DNA of 64,000 nt from Mobula hypostoma (Eukaryota): contig NC_086097.1 in the NCBI RefSeq assembly GCF_963921235.1, positions 17,546,001 through 17,610,000 of the forward strand, read 5' to 3'. Position 1 is the first letter of the stretch; the number at the start of each line of letters is the position of its first letter. Positions 39,290 to 51,966 of the stretch are shown here, piece by piece. The position numbers were made by a program, and so were the translations under genes. Under the pieces are notes generated by a model. It worked only from the letters and a program-made list of their open reading frames with translations, was not told the DNA's origin and ran no database searches.

Positions 39290-42020
39290 TCAGATTGTGC
39301 AAAGAGGGAAAATAGTGTGATTGGTGTATTAACAAGAAGCTCTCACTCAGTGTCAATGAGACTAAAGAACTGATAGTAGACTTCAGGAGAGGGAAACCAG
39401 AGCTCCATGAGCCAGTAATCATTGGAGGATTAGAGGTGGAGAGGGTCAGTAACTTTAAACTTGCCTTGTGTCACTATCTCAGAGGACTTATCCTGGACCC
39501 ATCATATAAATATTATTGCGAATAAAGCACAAAAGCACCTCTACTTCCTCAGGAGTCTGCGGAGGTTCAGCATGTCATCGAAAACCTTGTCAAACTTCTA
39601 TAGATGTATGGTGGAAAGTGTGCTGAGTGGAAAGTGTGCTGACTGGCTGCATTATGGCCTGGTATGGGAACACCAATGCCTTTGAGAGGAAAATCCTACA
39701 AAAGGTAGTGGATTTGTCCCAGTACATCAGGGTTGAAATCCTCCCAACCACTGAGCACATCTACATGAAACATTGCTATATAAAAGCAGCATCAATCATC
39801 AAAGATCCTCTCCACCCAAGCCATACTCTCTTCTTGCTGCTGCCATCAGGTAGAAGGTACTGGTGCCCCAGGACTCATCCCAGCAGGTTCAAAAAACAGT
39901 TACTACCCCTCAACAAAAGCGGATAGATGCACACATTTACTGGCTCTTTTAAGGACTTTGTATTATTTATTTATTTATTATTATTATTTGCATTATTATT
40001 TCATGCTTGTTAGTATATTAGCTTGTTAGCTTTTTCAAGTATATAAAGAGTAAAAGACAGGTGAGAGTAGATATAGGACCGATAGAAAATGATACTGGAG
40101 AAATTGTAATGGGAGATGAGGAGATGGCAGAGGAACTGAACAAGTATTTTGCATCAGTCTTCACTGAGGAAGACAGCAGGATACCGGACACTCAAGGGTG
40201 GCAGGGAAGAGGAAGTGTGCGCAGTCACAATTACGACAGAGAAAGTACTCAGGAAGCTGAATAGGCTAAAGGTCGATAAATCTCCTGGACCAGATGGAAT
40301 GCACCCTCGTGTTCTGAAGGAAGTAGCTGTGGAGATTGCGGAGGCATTAGCGATGATCTTTCAAAAGTCAATAGATTCTGGCATGGTTCCGGAGGACTGG
40401 AAGATTGCAAGTGTCACTCCGCTATTTAAGATGGGGGCAAGGAAGCAAAAAGGAAATTATAGACCTGTTAGCTTGACGTCGGTGGTTGGGAAGTTGTTGG
40501 AGTCGATTGTCAAGGATGAGGTTACAGAGTACCTGGAGGCATATGACAAGATAGGCAGAACTCAGCATGGATTCCTTAAAGGAAAATCTTGCCTGACAAA
40601 CCTATTACAATTTTTTGAGGAAATTACCAGTAGGCTAGACAAGGGAGATGCAGTGGATGTTGTATATTTGGATTTTCAGAAGGCCTTTGACAAGGTGCCA
40701 CACATGAGGCTGCTTAACAAGATAAGAGCCCATGGAATTACAGGAAAGTTACATACGTGGATAGAGCGTTGGCTGATTGGCAGGAAACAGAGAATGAAAT
40801 AAAGGGATCCTATTCTAGTTGGCTGCCGGTTACCAGTGGTGTTCCACAGGGATCAGTGTTGGGGCTGCTTCTTTTTACATTGTACATCAACGATTTGGAT
40901 TATGGAATAGAGGGCTTTGTGGCTAAGTTTGCTGACGATACGAAGATAGGTGGAGGGGCCAGTAGTGCTGAGGAAACGGGGAGTCTGCAGAGAGACTTGG
41001 ATAGATTGGAAGAATGGGCAGAGCAGTGGCAAATGAAGTACAATGTTGGAAAGTGTATGGTTATGCACTTTGGCAGAAGAAATAAACGGGCAGACTATTA
41101 TTTAAATGGGGAAAGAATTCAAAGTTCTGAGATGCAATGGGACTTGGGAGTCCTCGTACAGGATTCCCTTAAAGTTAACCTCCAGGTTGAGTCGGTAGTG
41201 AAGAAGGCGAATGCAATGTTGGCATTCATTTCTAGAGGAATAGAGTATAGGAGCAGGGATGTGATGTTGAGGCTCTATAAGGTGCTGGTGAGACCTCACT
41301 TGGAGTACTATGGGCAGTTTTGGTCTCCTTATTTAAGAAAGGATGTGCTGACGTTGGAGAGGGTACAGAGAAGATTCACTAGAATGATTCCGGGAATGAG
41401 AGGGTTAGCATATGAGAAACATTTGTCGGCTCTTGGACTGTATTCCTTGGAGTTTAGAAAAATGAGGGGAGACCTCATAGAAACATTTCGAATGTTAAAA
41501 GGCATGGACAGAGTGGACGTGGCAAAGTTGTTTCCCATGATGGGGGAGTCTAGTACGAGAGGGCATGACTTCAGGATTGAAGGGCGCCCTTTCAGAACAG
41601 AAATGCGAAAAAATTTTTTTAGTCATAGGGTGGTGAATCTATGGAATTTGTTGCCACGGGCATCATTGGAGGCCAAGTCATTGGGTGTATTTAAGGCAGA
41701 GATTGATAGGTATCTGAGTAGCCAGGGCATCAAAGGTTATGGTGAGAAGGCGGGGCAGTGGGACTAAATAGGATAAAATGGATCAACTCATAATAAAATG
41801 GCGGAGCAGACTCGATGGGCCGAATGGCCTACTTCTGCTCCTTTGTCTTATGGTCTCATGGTTATTGATATCTGCATTTGCATAGTTTGTTTACAGTTAC
41901 AGATCCTGATGTTTACAGTTACTGTTTCATAGATTTAAGTATGCCCGCAGAAAAAGAATCTTGGGATTGTACGTGGTGATATGTATGTACTCTGATAATA
42001 AATTTTACTTTGAACTTTAA
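39290..42020 (+). mobile_element. Rex1/Babar LINE 3' part, with its tail split by CR1
   Basis: ISEDLSWT.HI...KAQKHLYFLRSLRRF.MSSKTL.NFYRC; aataaattttactttgaacttt end. Confidence 0.82.
40030..41863 (+). mobile_element. Young 5'-truncated CR1 (family B)
   Basis: 217-aa and 336-aa RT ORFs separated by a frameshift; cttatggtctcatgg tail. Confidence 0.95.
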
Positions 42021-42646
42021 AACAGAATTTAAATCTTTATATTTGTGAGCTCATGAAAAGTCTAAGCATTTGGGTGTGGAAGAAACTCATTTATATTGAG
42101 AAGAATTAAAATTCCCACTGCATTGGATGATATCTGTGAAATTATGCAGAAATGTACAATATGTCTGAAGATTTTGCAGTTTCCTCTCCAGAAAAGGTTA
42201 CTATCCCAGCTAAAATGAGTGCTCCAATCTGTTCAAATATGGCAAGTGGACTATATGCCATCCTTGCCACTTTGCTAAGGAGGTACATACAGTGTTTAAC
42301 ACTTGCACTCAGTATTTAATGACATTAGCAACAAAACATCTGCTAAAGTGGGTTGGGCTGCATCTGGTGGGATAAAGGAATAGTCAACATTGTGGATTCA
42401 AACTTTGCGTCAATATCTTACCCAGAATGAAGAAATTATTGTGATGGTGAAGAAAATACATAGTGGGGGTTATTGACTAATGAAAAGTTATGTAATGAAG
42501 TCATCAGCAAGGCATAAAGTAAATTTTATCTACTCAGTAAAATATTTAATCATACATATTATTTGATTCTGTTATGTAGATTGAGAATATTATTTATTAT
42601 AAGTTATATGCTTTAGAATATGCACTTTAATGAACTGCAGGACTAT

Positions 42647-43295
42647 TGTAGTGTTCTCGTGCAGTGTGTTGAAACTCTGACTAAACACCAAGTTAAACCG
42701 GAGCCAATGAAGACAGAGTCGTAGTAAGGTCAACCATTTACTGTTCACTCTTCCACATTAACGTCGTATGGTGAAAACAGTTGATTAAAAAAAACAAACA
42801 TATACAGCATCTGTTTCATTCACGCACACTCTCTTCTTTTAGCGAGTGTCTCCAGCTGCCCCGAGTAGTGGGCAAGGGGGTCGCCTCAAATAGCCATTGA
42901 GCTCGAGCCGGCCCCATGTTTGAAATTGAAAAGCCGACACACGCGCCGCCCCAACCGCCGCTTCCTTAACAGAAACAGCGTTAATATTTTTACTTCAAAT
43001 ACATTCTTATGAACTTACGCATTGCTTCTATAATGTTTCTTTGTGGGTAGAAACTGAGCTCTTCACGATCATGCTGCATGCATGGCACCCACCTTCACAC
43101 CTTCTCCGAACCGGAGGTTACACATAAATTGCAGTGAAACCGGAGGTGACGTCATCACATGCCGCGATATACCATAGGCAATGGATTTACCTTTGTTATA
43201 CTGTAACATAATTATCAACCTTTAAAAATAGTTACAAACAAATCATTTAAAACGCAAACACAACAAAGTAATATAAATGCCTTAAGGGCAACACA
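42647..43295. mobile_element. Solo LTR (649 bp) with perfect 5-bp TSD
   Basis: tgt...aca termini; actat at 42642-42646 and 43296-43300; CpG-rich relative to flanks. Confidence 0.8.
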
Positions 43296-44629
43296 ACTAT
43301 TAATAAGTTGTTTATTCCATGTATATGTAAATTTTATTTTTATTGTAATTTTAAATTATGCTAAAGACTATCACAAAAGGGGTACCCCTACATTTGCTGT
43401 TGCCAGGACTTTGGTATAGGAGAAGGATTATGAGAGCATTGTTTTGTTTTCTCTTGAGGACTTTGTTTCTTGGATTGAATGAAAAGACTTTTCCTTCCAT
43501 CTATAGTTGTGGTAAAGTATGAAGGGCTATGAGGTTTGCAGGACTTTACTCTCTACGAAGTTCCATTGAAGCTACTCCTTTTGCTGCAGTCAAGATCTTG
43601 TTGTGCTTTGTAATAGAGCAGTTCCATATTTTGAATGTTCAACTGTGTCCATACACCACAAATAAACAGGTAAATATCAGGTTTCCTGGTAATGGCCATT
43701 CTGTGCAAGTGCTTAATTCCACTTAGAGCAGTAGATGACGTTAGTTGATTGTAGATAGGGGCAATCCTATTTCTCATTTTTTTTTTGGCAGTGTGTCAGA
43801 ATTGAGGCTAATCTGCTTTCATTTCAGTTTTGTATTTTCAGAAAGGCTGAAGAATCCTGTGAGGGATCTGGAACTTAACAGGGTGATTAAATGGGTTATT
43901 AAGGATGCTGTTTGCACTCTCCACACATTGCTCATGGGTCTTGTAGGAATGCAGATAGGTATTTAATGCCAAGACAACAAAAGATACCCTGTAATTATAA
44001 CTTTCACTGACTGTAGATATCCTTAGGCAAAATTGTAAGTGTGTGTCCTGAGTAGAACTGAGGTTTTATTGTGATCTAGGAAGAGTTAGCAAATTTGGGA
44101 CCAAGTCAAACCTGGAGATAGATGAACAGCTTAGTCAGCGTGCAAACGCTTAGTCAGAAGGTTCAAGGAGCCTCTTTAAAGGAGGAAAGAAATGGGTAAG
44201 TGAAGCTTTGCCCTTGGACCGGAAGATATGACTAGCAGTGATGGAATGATTATCTGGGGATACTCCAGAATAAGGGAAGATGTCAGGAAATTTTATTTTA
44301 TATTTAAAAAAAAAACTTGGGTACTTTTCAATACACAAGGTGCAGTATTGATATGAAGAGATTATAGAATTGGAATTGTCAAAGCCCTAGAGAGATTTAA
44401 AAACAAATAAGAATTTTAAAACTGAATGGATACCATTGAAAGTCTATTGCTGTTAGGGGCATATCTAGGTTTTTATATAAGCTTCTGATGTTACCTCATT
44501 TTTATGAAATAAATCTGTATATGAGATAGAATGTTTCCAGAAATTGGATGGAAGCTGTAATCAGATGTTCACAGAGATTTAACAAAATGACACTCACATC
44601 AGTGAAAATCAATGATGCAGAGGTGGTAA

Positions 44630-45665
44630 AATGCTGCCTCCTTCTCTCAGTTCCTCTGTCGCTGTCACACTGACTCTCAGGATGAGGCTTTTCATTCCAG
44701 AACTAATGACATGTCCTCCCCCTTCAAAGAAAGGGACTTCCCTTCCTCCATCATCAACACTGCCCTCACCAGCATCTCTTACATTTCATGTAATTCTGCC
44801 CTCACTCCATTCTCCCGCATCCCACCGGGGATAGGTTTCCTTTTATCCTCACCTTCCATCCACTGGCCTCCACGTCCAGCACATAATTCTCTCCAACTTC
44901 TGCTATTTCCAACGGGATCTCACCACCAAACACATCTTTTCTCTTCAACCCCCTGCTCTACTTTCTGCTTTCCCTAGGGATCACTCTCTTCTCTATTTGT
45001 CTCTCCCCATTGACCTCCTTCCTGGTACTTAACTTTGCAAGCAAACAAGTGCCACACCTGCCCCTACACTTCCTCCCTCGCTACAATTCAGGGCAGCAAA
45101 CAGTCCTTCCAGGTGAGATGACACTTCACCTGTGAGTCTGTTAGGGTCATCTATTTGTATCCAGTGCTTCCAGTGTGGCCTCCTATATATTGGAGAGATC
45201 GGACGTAAATTGGGAGACTGCTTCGCCGAGCACCTATGCTCCGTCCACCAAAAAAAAGCAGGATCTCCTGGTGGCCACTTATTCCTCTTCTAATTCTATT
45301 TCTTGAAGTTCTGGTAATTGCTGTCCCCCTCCTTCACCATTCCTCATTCCCTTTTCCCTCTCTCACCTTATCACCTTATCTGCCCATCACCTACCTCCAA
45401 TGCTCTTCTCCCTTCCCTTTCTTCGATGGTCTTCTACCCTCTCCTATCAGATTCCCCCCTTCTCCATCCTTTTATCTGTTTCACAAATCAACTTCACATC
45501 TCTTTACTTTATCCTCTCCCCCCCCCCCCACCTTCTTAATCAGACTTTGCATCTTTTTTTTTCAGTCTTGATGAAGGGTCTTGGTCAGAACCGTCGACTG
45601 TTTACTCTTTTCCATAGAGGCTGCCTGGCCTGCTGAGTTCCTCCAGCATTTTGTGTTTGTTGCTG
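44630..45665 (+). mobile_element. Neptune-type Penelope element 3' part (RT C-terminus, Cys motif, GIY-YIG, terminal repeat with decayed hammerhead at 45563-45600)
   Basis: Decayed SQFL..., KCHTCPY, HFTCES..VIY...QCGLLYIGE..RKLGD.FAEHL, then cagtcttgatgaagggtcttggtcagaaccgtcgactg. Confidence 0.85.
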
Positions 45666-45880
45666 GTATAGAGATGGAGATGGTTGTGAGCTTCAAGCTC
45701 TTAGGGGTAAACATCACCAGTAGATTATACTGGTCCAACCACATAGGTCCAATGGCCAAGAAAGCGCAACAACACCTCCACTTCCTCAGAAGGTAAAGGA
45801 AATTCAGCATGTCCCCATTAACCCTTACCAATTTTTGTAGATTCACCATAGAAAACATTCTGTCTGGATGCAACACAGCT
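45665..45880 (+). mobile_element. Rex1/Babar RT fragment
   Basis: VVSFKLLGVNIT..L.WSNHI...AKKAQQHLHFLRR. Confidence 0.75.
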
Positions 45881-45882
45881 TA

Positions 45883-46915
45883 AGCATTCTGGAGGAACTT
45901 AGCATGTCAGGCAGCATCTATAGAGCGAAATGAACAGTTGACATTTCAGGCCAGGACCTTCCATCAAGACTGGAAAGGAATGGGGCAGAAGCCAGAATAA
46001 AATGGAAGGGGGAGGGGAGGAGCACACTAGCAGGAAAAAGGTGAGTCCAGGTAAGAGTGGGTAAGCAGGTGTATGGTTGAAAGGGAATGAGGAGGAATTT
46101 CTTTAGTCAGAGTGGTGAATCTGTGGAGTTCATTGCCACAGGTGGCTGTGGAGGCCAAGTCATTGAATATATTTAAAGAGAAGACTGATAGGTTCTTGGT
46201 TAGTCAAAGTGCCAAAGGTCATGGGAAGAAGGCAGGAGAGGAGAATGTGGTTGAGAGGGAGAATAAAACAGCCATGATACAATGGTGGACCAGACTCAGG
46301 CTGAATGGCCTAATTTTGCTCCTATCCGTCATGGTCTTATGTTGCAAGAAGCCAGGAGGGGATAGGTGGAAGGTGCAAAGGGCTAAAGGAGGAATCTGAT
46401 AGAAGAGGGCAGTAGAACATCAAGTGAAGGGAAGGAGGTGGTAAACCAGAGGGAGGTGATTGGCAGGTTGTGAGTGTGGGGGAGGGGAAGAGAAGGGCTA
46501 AGTGGGCCACTAGAATGAGTGAAAACAAAGTGGGGGAGGAAAACTGAGGGGCGTGATTAGCAGAAGTTAGAGAAATTGATGTTGATGCTGTTAGGTTGCA
46601 GACTACCAAGTTGAAATATGAGGTGTTGCTCCTCCAACCTGAGTTTGGCCTCATCATGATTGTAGAGAAAGACTTGGACAGACATCTCAGTATGGGAAAG
46701 GGAAGTGGAATTGAAATGAGTGGCCAAGCTGTTGCAGTGGATGAAGCGAAGGTGCTTGATGATGTAGTCCCTGAATCTGTGTTGGGTCCCACCAGTGTTT
46801 GGAGGCCACTCTGGGAGCATCAGATATAATAAATGACAGTGACAGATTTGCAGGTGAAGTGCTGCGTCACCTGGAAGGAGTGTTTAGGGGCTCTGAATGG
46901 TGGTGAGGGAGGAGG
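45883..46915 (-). mobile_element. Penelope element 3' part (GIY-YIG end and terminal repeat), interrupted by a CR1 3' fragment at ~46085-46342
   Basis: LATHFNS...RLEEQHLIFQLGSLQP...NINFSNF; decayed hammerhead 45935-45972. Confidence 0.8.
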
Positions 46916-46924
46916 GAGCATCTG

Positions 46925-47375
46925 CAGAATCTCTTGTGCCTCATAGCTTGGTATGGCCATTGCATTGCTCAAGAAAGTGAGAAACTGCAGAGAGTTATGG
47001 ACACGGCTCAGTCCAACATGAAATCCATCCTCTCCTCTATGAACTCCCCCTACAACTTTTGCTGCCTCAGAAAAGCAGCCAACATAATGAAAGACCCCCT
47101 CCAACCCAGACATTCTCTCATGCCCCTCACCCATCAAAAAGACAATGCAACCCCAGGCTCAAAGGTAACATTTGACCCAATGTTACAAGACTCTTGAATT
47201 GATCTCTTGTGTGTTAAAATGAATTCTTGACCTCTCAATCTACCCCGGCATAGCTCCTGCACCTTATAGTCTCTCTGCTTTGTACTATCTTTGTAACTGT
47301 AACTGTGACACTACGTTATAAATTCTGTTATTGCTCTCTACTTTGTTTTATCTCTATACCTTTGTATTAAGTTCA
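46925..47375 (+). mobile_element. Rex1/Babar 3' fragment
   Basis: CLIAWYGHC.AQE..KLQRVM.TAQ...KAANIMKDP. Confidence 0.72.
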
Positions 47376-47429
47376 GGAAGCTTTTTGGTTGATGCTTTAA
47401 TGAGGAAGTTAGACAGAGAAAAAGCAAAT

Positions 47430-48313
47430 GTTCAAAGTCCAAAAGTTCAAAGTACATTTATCATCCAAGTATGTATAAATTATACAACCTTGAGATTCAT
47501 CGCTTACAGGCAGCCACAAAACAACTCATTTAAAAAAGAGCAACTAACACCCAATGCTCAGAGAGAGGAAAAAAACACATTCTATAAACAATAAAAGCAA
47601 GCAACAACATTTAGCAAACATTGAGAGCAACAAGTCGGTCCAGCCTGACCTGGCCCTGACACCTTGCCTTTTCAATCCATCTGGCCTGGTGTTTAAATCA
47701 TCCAAACACTGTTTCGTTCCCCACACTAGGACGTGGGCCCTGTTGCAATGATTTGCTCGGGGCCTAGACCCCACTGCTATGTTTCTGCCTGTACCCAACC
47801 TTTCCAAATTGTCCCAGTGCTTAGATTGATCAGCCTTCACTCGGTTGGGCACGTGGCCAAGTGGTTAAGGCGTTCGTCTAGTGATTTGCAGGTCACTAGT
47901 TCGAGCCTCAGCAGTGGCAGCATGTTTGTGTCCTTGAACAAGGCACTTAATCGCACGTTGCTTTAGTCTGTGCGAAGAGTGGTGCCCCACACAGACTTCC
48001 AGTCTGCGCCTTGTAAGGCATGAAAATGCCCGACGCAGGCCTCTCATGGTCTGAGTCGACGTTCCCCTCCTTGGGTGGATGGGCTCCAAACTCGGCTTCG
48101 TATGCCCTGACTCCATCTTGAACATGCCTCGTCCTCACTCTGACTTTGCATCGCATCTGCACGCCTTGCCCCTTGGATCAGCTTCGTTTTCACTTGCCTC
48201 TATTATTCGTGATGATTGTTTACCACAATCTTCCACAGAATAAAGTATTTAGTTGTATTTCTTGCTTTTTTGACTGCCAGTAAGTTGATGCCTGTCTTCA
48301 GTAGCACCATCTA
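47430..48313 (-). mobile_element. Non-autonomous retroposon with LINE-like tail, split by a SINE
   Basis: (tttgaac) tail at 47430-47452; 5' end agatggtgc (decayed YY1-like). Confidence 0.55.
47847..48070 (+). mobile_element. tRNA-derived SINE (same head as 31410, different tail)
   Basis: tggccaagtggttaagg...gttcgagcc...gtgtccttgaacaaggcactt. Confidence 0.8.
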
Positions 48314-49191
48314 AAGTAAAATCCTCAAATTGTGGGTCTCCTGTTGCAGATAAATGAAACTAAAAATAAATCAGGCGGCATTCTGTTGCTGGAAATCTCA
48401 ATTAAAAAACAAACTACTGGAAATAGTGTTTTATTTTCATCTGAAATGTTTCATTTTATCATAATATTTGCATGTACATTAGTGAACTGTAAAAATTACT
48501 TGCATATTATTGCTAATTTGTTAGCTAATTCACCTACAAAATACAAAAAATAGACCTTTTACATATTCTTTGAGCAGTGATGCATGGAACAAGTAGGGTA
48601 CATGCTCAATAAGGGGAATCCAATGACACGTTGAGTTCATGTCTGTTAATTCTCTGACACATCCTTATAGCTAAGATCACAGGATGTTAAGACTCCGATC
48701 ATCCATTGTGAACATAGAACATCTTGATATAATTCAGTTTTTTAAAATTTTAAGTCCATGACTTATAAATTCAATTTCAAGTTTATTGTCATTTTAACCA
48801 TATACATGTCTACTGTAAAACAAAACAACTTTCCTCTCTGGACCAAGGTGCACAACGCAGTACATATACCTCACACGCAATACATAAAATAATATTGCCA
48901 CAAGTAAACTGACAAGTAATAAGGTGAATTTATGACACAATTAAAAAGTAAACAGTATAATGCTAATGGCACTTCATACATAGTGAGACCTAGGTGGTGG
49001 TAGGGTGTTCAGCAGTCTTGCAGCCTGGGAGAGAAAACCATGTTAACTTCTGACATTTATTTCCTTTATAGTTCTAATCAATAATTTTGGCCCTTCTTTA
49101 AGGATCATGGAGTAAATATTTGCTTCTGCTAATGAGTATCTATTCTTAAAGAAGATGGTGTTTTTGTCAGAGACTAATAATTAGCTCGTGT

Positions 49192-49500
49192 GGGCACGTG
49201 GCCAGTGGATTCGACTAGCGACCTGAAGGTCGTGAGTTCAAGCCTCAGCCGAGGCAGCGTGTTGTGTCCTTGAGCAAGGCACTTAACCACACAGTGCTCT
49301 GCGATGACACTTGTGCCAAGCTGTATCGGCCCTTGCCCTTCCCTTGGACAACATTGGTGTTGTGGAGAGGGGAGACTTGCAGCATAGGCAACTGCCGGTC
49401 TTCCATACAACCTTGCCTAGGCCTGCGCCCTGGAGAGTGAAGACTTTCCAGGCGCAGATCTATGGTCTCGCAAGACTAATCGATGCCTTAAAAAAAATAA
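49192..49500 (+). mobile_element. tRNA-derived SINE with TSD
   Basis: Homologous to 31410-31712; taataattagct at 49175-49186 and 49501-49512. Confidence 0.85.
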
Positions 49501-49896
49501 TAATAATTAGCTTGTATAGGAGTTCCACAGGGTGGAAATCCTCAACTCAGTCATCTTTGGATGCAAGTAGAAGATAATATTTCTTTTGTAATGATATTAG
49601 ACATTGATATTAGACAAGAAGTAAGCCAAACACTTTTGTTCTGTTAAGTTCTAATTATATTTGTATGATTGTCAACCCATCTTCGATTAGTAGTTTAACT
49701 GGGTTAGGAATATTTGTGATACAGTCCTAAGTATTCCTAATGATTCTGTCTGGCATTAAGTTGAAAAGGATATTTCAGCTTCTTTTTGACAGTAGTGTTT
49801 GAAGATATTAGTATTATTCTGTGGTTTTGATTTTTCATAAATTGTTACAGATTTTGCAATTATTTAATAATACTGTATCCTTAAAAGGCAGCATTA

Positions 49897-50380
49897 TGTA
49901 ACAGATGTGATGGATTATTTAATGATTAGTCCCTGAGTTTGTGTGATTACCCACTGATGGCCTCCACGTCTGTTAATTTCCAGAACCCTGAGGCAAATGA
50001 GTTGGAGGATAGATTTTTGGGGAATGAGAAGAGGCAAGGGAAAGAGAAGAAGACATTCAGTAAGCAGGACAAGGGTCATACAAGACAAGGAGGAGGTTTG
50101 TGTTGAGGTGGTCGGAGAACAGATCATATGTGAATAAATGGGTGGGGCTCCAAGAGATCTTCTGTATGGGTTGCAAAGGTGATGCTCTGTCAGGCTAATG
50201 AAACTGATAACTTCAATCAGATGATAAATCAAGATAACTGAAGACATTTGCAGCAAGGGTGAAATCAGTCAAGGGAAATAAAAGAAGTTGGACTTTTCAG
50301 ACTCATTATTGTAGAGTGATGGCATTTATGTGGAAGCATAGAACAATTCTCGGGTTAAAACCTGGTTCAATGCTAGTACA
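49897..50380 (+). mobile_element. Possible old solo LTR
   Basis: tgta...taca ends, atta/ttta flanks, internal aataaa; weak. Confidence 0.3.
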
Positions 50381-51422
50381 TTTATGTGATAGAATCTTGT
50401 GTAAACCATATCGTACAAGCATGCACTTTACCATCATTGTGCCAGCATGTAACGCACAGAAATATTGATAATAATTTTGGCTCTTGGTATCGATTGTTAG
50501 TAGTTTAAAAGAGAAACTCAAATTCCTATAAATTTTCTAGGAGTTGAATTAGTGTTTCTTTTCTGGATATTTATGGTGACTGTCTTGGAGAAGGTATGAA
50601 CTTCAACAACTTAGACAGCCTGGCAGGCAACCGTAAAAGCAATTACTGCCTTCCTGTTTGAGGACAAACAATGCATGTTTTATTGGCTCATTATTATTGT
50701 CTTATTTTTCTTTGATACCAGGTTGATAGTGGTCTTCAATAATTATAATTAAACCATTTGCTAAATTTAGTCATTTCTCAACAAAGTGCAATGGAGCAAA
50801 TAGCGTAATAGATTTAAATTAAAATATATTATAGGAGAAGGCAAAGACAGAACAATGTTTAGTATTGCACAGAATAATGAGATTTTGAGTTTTCAGGGTG
50901 AAGCATGAATATATAGAAGCACACATTCAAAGTTTTGATTAAGTAGAATATTATGGTAGTATTTAGAGAGGAAATTCTTGGGGCATCCTCCAGTGAGGCA
51001 GAGATCAGAAGGTGGAATGGTGTAATAGGTTGACCAAAAGTAGACATTAGAAGAGCAGTAAGGGAAATTGGAGAGAGCTGGACTAATAAAGTTGATCATT
51101 CTATTGTATTTCTTTATTTTAACAAAATAAAAGGTGAATTTCAAGGTAATATGTATGTACTTCGATAATAAATTACACTTTGACAATGGCTGATAAAGGA
51201 TATTGAGGCTTTGGTCAGAAGAAAGAAGCTATAGGCAGTTAGGATCAAGTGAATCCCTTAAAGAATATAACGGATATAGGAGAACACTTCAAAAGGAAAT
51301 CAGGAGGGCTATAAGGGTACATGAGATATCCTTGGTAAATAACGTAAAGGAAAACCCTAAAAACTTTTATAAGTATATTAAGGCCAAGTGGTAATGGAGG
51401 AGAGAAAAGGTCCCTTTCAAAT

Positions 51423-51598
51423 GTGTGCAACACACATCAAAGTTGCCGGTGAACGCAGCAGGCCAGGCAGCATCTCTAGGAAGAGGTACAGTCGACGTTT
51501 CGGGCCGAGACCCTTCGTCAGGACTAACTGAAAAAAGAGATAGTAAGATATTTGAAAATGGGAGGGGGAGGTGGAGATCTGAAATGATAGGAGAAGAC
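51423..51598 (-). mobile_element. Young Penelope terminal-repeat fragment
   Basis: CpGs preserved; same subfamily as 18999-19128. Confidence 0.85.
51489..51525 (-). ncRNA. Minimal type I hammerhead ribozyme motif, intact core
   Basis: AGUC-CUGACGA-A-GGGU(CUCG)GCCC-GAAA-C-GUC-GACUG; predicted cut between 51494 and 51493. Confidence 0.78.
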
Positions 51599-51966
51599 TC
51601 ACTTTGCTACTGGATTCTTGACTTTCTGATCAAATACAGTATGGTGCACTTATTACCTGTTTTGCCATATCCTTTTTTCAGTGTTAAGAAAATTCTGTTA
51701 TTGTAAAAACAATAGTTGGACAAAATAGAAAATATTGCAATATCCAAGTTTATGGTACACATGGAAATATGTTTTTCCATGTCCACTGGAGTGAAATTTA
51801 ATCATGTGGATAATTTTTGGAAATGATTCTGAAATTCTTGATTATTTACATAACATTTTTTTTTAGAATTTTTAAGTATAAAATTCCAATTTAAGCAAAT
51901 AACTTGATTCTTAATTAAAATTTTAACATCTTAAGTTTTATTTACGATGCTTTTCTCCCCCAACAG

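Noticed and set aside
40149..41767. Active reverse transcriptase gene
   Set aside because: 5'-truncated, no endonuclease, frameshift near 40790
8957..51525. Strand bias of intact hammerheads as evidence of selection
   Set aside because: Only two intact copies, and antisense copies are also mostly decayed; sample too small
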